49,537 nt of DNA from an uncultured Candidatus Saccharibacteria bacterium. Lineage in GTDB: Bacteria > Patescibacteriota > Saccharimonadia > JAGOAT01 > CAYZIP01. The stretch lies in NCBI GenBank assembly GCA_964478695.1, contig CAYZIP010000006.1, forward strand, positions 1 to 49,537. Reading direction: 5' to 3'. The translations under genes were made by a program, and so were the position numbers. Shown here in pieces: positions 48,056 through 49,537 of this stretch. How positions within the stretch are numbered: position 1 is the stretch's first letter; each line of letters begins with the position of its first letter. Below the pieces are notes generated by a model. The model was not told the origin of the DNA. It searched no databases and saw only the letters and a program-made list of their open reading frames with translations.

Positions 48056-48131
48056 TGGTGGGTCATGAGGGATTTGAACCCACGACCATTTGCTTAAGAG
48101 GCAACTGCTCTACCAACTGAGCTAATGACCC
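48056..48131 (-). tRNA. tRNA-Lys (CUU)
   Basis: GGGTCAT TAGCTCAGTTGGTAGAGC AGTTGC CTCTTAA GCAAATGGTCGTGGGTTCAAATCCC TCATGACCCACCA. Confidence 0.95.
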
Positions 48132-48387
48132 ATATTGTATACATTATACAATATATTTCTATGGGGCATTATATCCCTCTGATAGAAATCATATACAGTA
48201 CTGATGATTATATTGTTATATTTAAGTCAAACGCGTTAAATTTCATAACCTAAAGCAAGCTTAGGGGTTTAAGGTTTAACTCATATCATTAGTAATTTTA
48301 AAAATATGTCAAAAATTGTTAGTTAGTCTATTAATAAATTATTAGAAGCTAATGTAATAGATAGATTTTGCTGGATAATCTTACTAA

Positions 48388-48660
48388 CTACTCATCCAGC
48401 AAAGAAATAATCTGATAGCCATATTGATCTATTTGTTCTTGAGTCCAAAAATCAAAGTCTTTTGTTTTGCCCACCCAGCCAACCTTACGTTCCAGACTTC
48501 GGCCAGTAGGTATTTTAGTATTTAGGTCAATTTCTACCAAAACAAGTGTATCGCCTTCATTACACTCCCAGTCTGCTAGTCGCAATTCAAAAGTCTTTTC
48601 GCCACGCTTAATTTTTTCAAAGTATTCAGGTAGTATTTTCTTCTCAATTCTATTTGCCAT
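48388..48660 (-). CDS. DUF3850 / ASCH-PUA-like domain protein
   Basis: KILPEYFEKIKRGEKTFELR.......GDTLVL.E. Confidence 0.85.
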   Translation of the reverse strand: MANRIEKKILPEYFEKIKRGEKTFELRLADWECNEGDTLVLVEIDLNTKIPTGRSLERKVGWVGKTKDFDFWTQEQIDQYGYQIISLLDE

Positions 48661-48745
48661 AATATGTATATATTATCACTAAAATAGCTAGTAACTATGA
48701 CAAAATTCCTGTCATCAAACCATCACCCATTAACCGCTAACTGTC

Positions 48746-49267
48746 TTAGACATCATGTATACCAAGCTTATTCTCAAGATAAATCACAGTTGGTAAATTT
48801 AGGAGGTGGAACTTTATCGAAAGTCCATCAAGCCGCAAACCAATTTCGGGATTTATCCCTCTATCTGCCGCATTCATTTCAAAAGGCTTTCCTTCATACT
48901 TTCCAAGAAAAGTTGGAATATCGTCATAAAGAACAAATTCGACATGTTCAAGCCCTTCCTGATACTCATTGCCTTTTTTGGGAGCAGGTAGTTCTATTGC
49001 GTCAATTCGCCAAGTAGCATGACGAACGGGTGTATTCAAGCGGAAAGTTGAAATTGGGCGATCATTGACCATAGTTTCGCCCAGCAACTTTGCAACTGAC
49101 GCTAGTTCTATTTTTTTGCTATGGTAATTTTCTAAAGAAATCGTCCTATAGCACATGTGGTCTATCTGAATAAAGTCAGACAAATCAAACCCTTCGGCAA
49201 TCACACGACCAAGAATATCGTCTAGAAAACTAGGATAATCTCCGATAATTTGTGCAAGCTCGCTCAT
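48746..49267 (-). CDS. YecM-like VOC (glyoxalase superfamily) protein; start moved to the ATG at 49267
   Basis: IDHMCYRT, VNDRPI, IELPAPK, GLEHVEFV, IKFH. The ATG follows TATACT-N6. Confidence 0.85.
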   Translation of the reverse strand: MSELAQIIGDYPSFLDDILGRVIAEGFDLSDFIQIDHMCYRTISLENYHSKKIELASVAKLLGETMVNDRPISTFRLNTPVRHATWRIDAIELPAPKKGNEYQEGLEHVEFVLYDDIPTFLGKYEGKPFEMNAADRGINPEIGLRLDGLSIKFHLLNLPTVIYLENKLGIHDV

Positions 49268-49462
49268 ATTATGAGTATAAATGTAGGTAAGCAAAACATC
49301 AAGCAGGACTCTAGCCCATTCTAAAGAGCTAAGCAGGGCAATATAAAAAGATATTTGTAAAAGAATATTTCAATCTCTATTTGTAATTTAACTATGGTAC
49401 ACGTTAGTCAAGAAAGTCAAAAAATCTGTAATGAATACGGGTCTTGCTTTTCAATATAATTT

Positions 49463-49517
49463 TTCGCTTTCGCCGTCTCACGGCTCATCAGCATGACTAT
49501 GGAGTTCATGGAGCGAA
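49463..49517 (-). ncRNA. Hammerhead ribozyme, type III topology
   Basis: Minus strand UUCGC-UC^-CAUGA-acuccauag-UCAUG-CUGAUGA-GCCG-ugaga-CGGC-GAAA-GCGAA: intact core and three Watson-Crick stems. Predicted cleavage between 49511 and 49510. Confidence 0.9.
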
Positions 49518-49537
49518 TATGACAAGCAGACATGGGG

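Noticed and set aside
48201-48235. CTGATGA upstream of tRNA-Lys
   Set aside because: No stem II-GAAA arrangement; AT-rich chance match.
722-49017. Antisense or overlapping ORFs in the track (e.g. 722-997, 4260-4919, 6694-7200, 17200-17517, 26587-27006, 37723-38079, 44183-44458, 46099-46518, 48697-49017)
   Set aside because: They lie opposite or within well-supported genes, lack recognisable motifs and have shadow-frame composition.

Overview
AT-rich bacterial chromosome segment, most consistent with a Patescibacteria (CPR) genome. This is an inference from the short AlaRS, the ftsA paralogue beside a baseplate-J-like membrane protein, the RNHCP and YdcF genes, and a serine recombinase that reads into a tRNA. 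Layout: an IS630-family element (1-1169); a long mostly minus-strand housekeeping and cell-envelope block (1213-34041) holding two tandem tRNA-Glu genes and a small GC-rich cassette (about 22840-23430); two LPxTG-tailed surface proteins flanking an MNT-HEPN toxin-antitoxin pair (34127-39368); a decaying accessory island ending at a large serine recombinase and tRNA-Pro (about 39600-47224); then SPFH, tRNA-Lys, DUF3850/ASCH and yecM-like genes. The strongest signals not explained by the ORF track are non-coding. (1) A complete type III hammerhead ribozyme on the minus strand at 49463-49517, with a covaried CUC/GAAAG core. (2) A ~145-nt structured RNA in the island (44028-44175) that starts right after a perfect extended -10 box; its 13-bp closing stem overlaps an intrinsic terminator placed ahead of a strong RBS and a 29-codon ORF, an attenuator or riboswitch-like layout. 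(3) A structured 5' leader and an 18-bp perfect palindrome around the GC-rich orphan gene. Ten genes also have a -10 box 6-7 nt before the ATG, suggesting leaderless mRNAs. All product calls come from motif recognition only; no searches or folding software were run.
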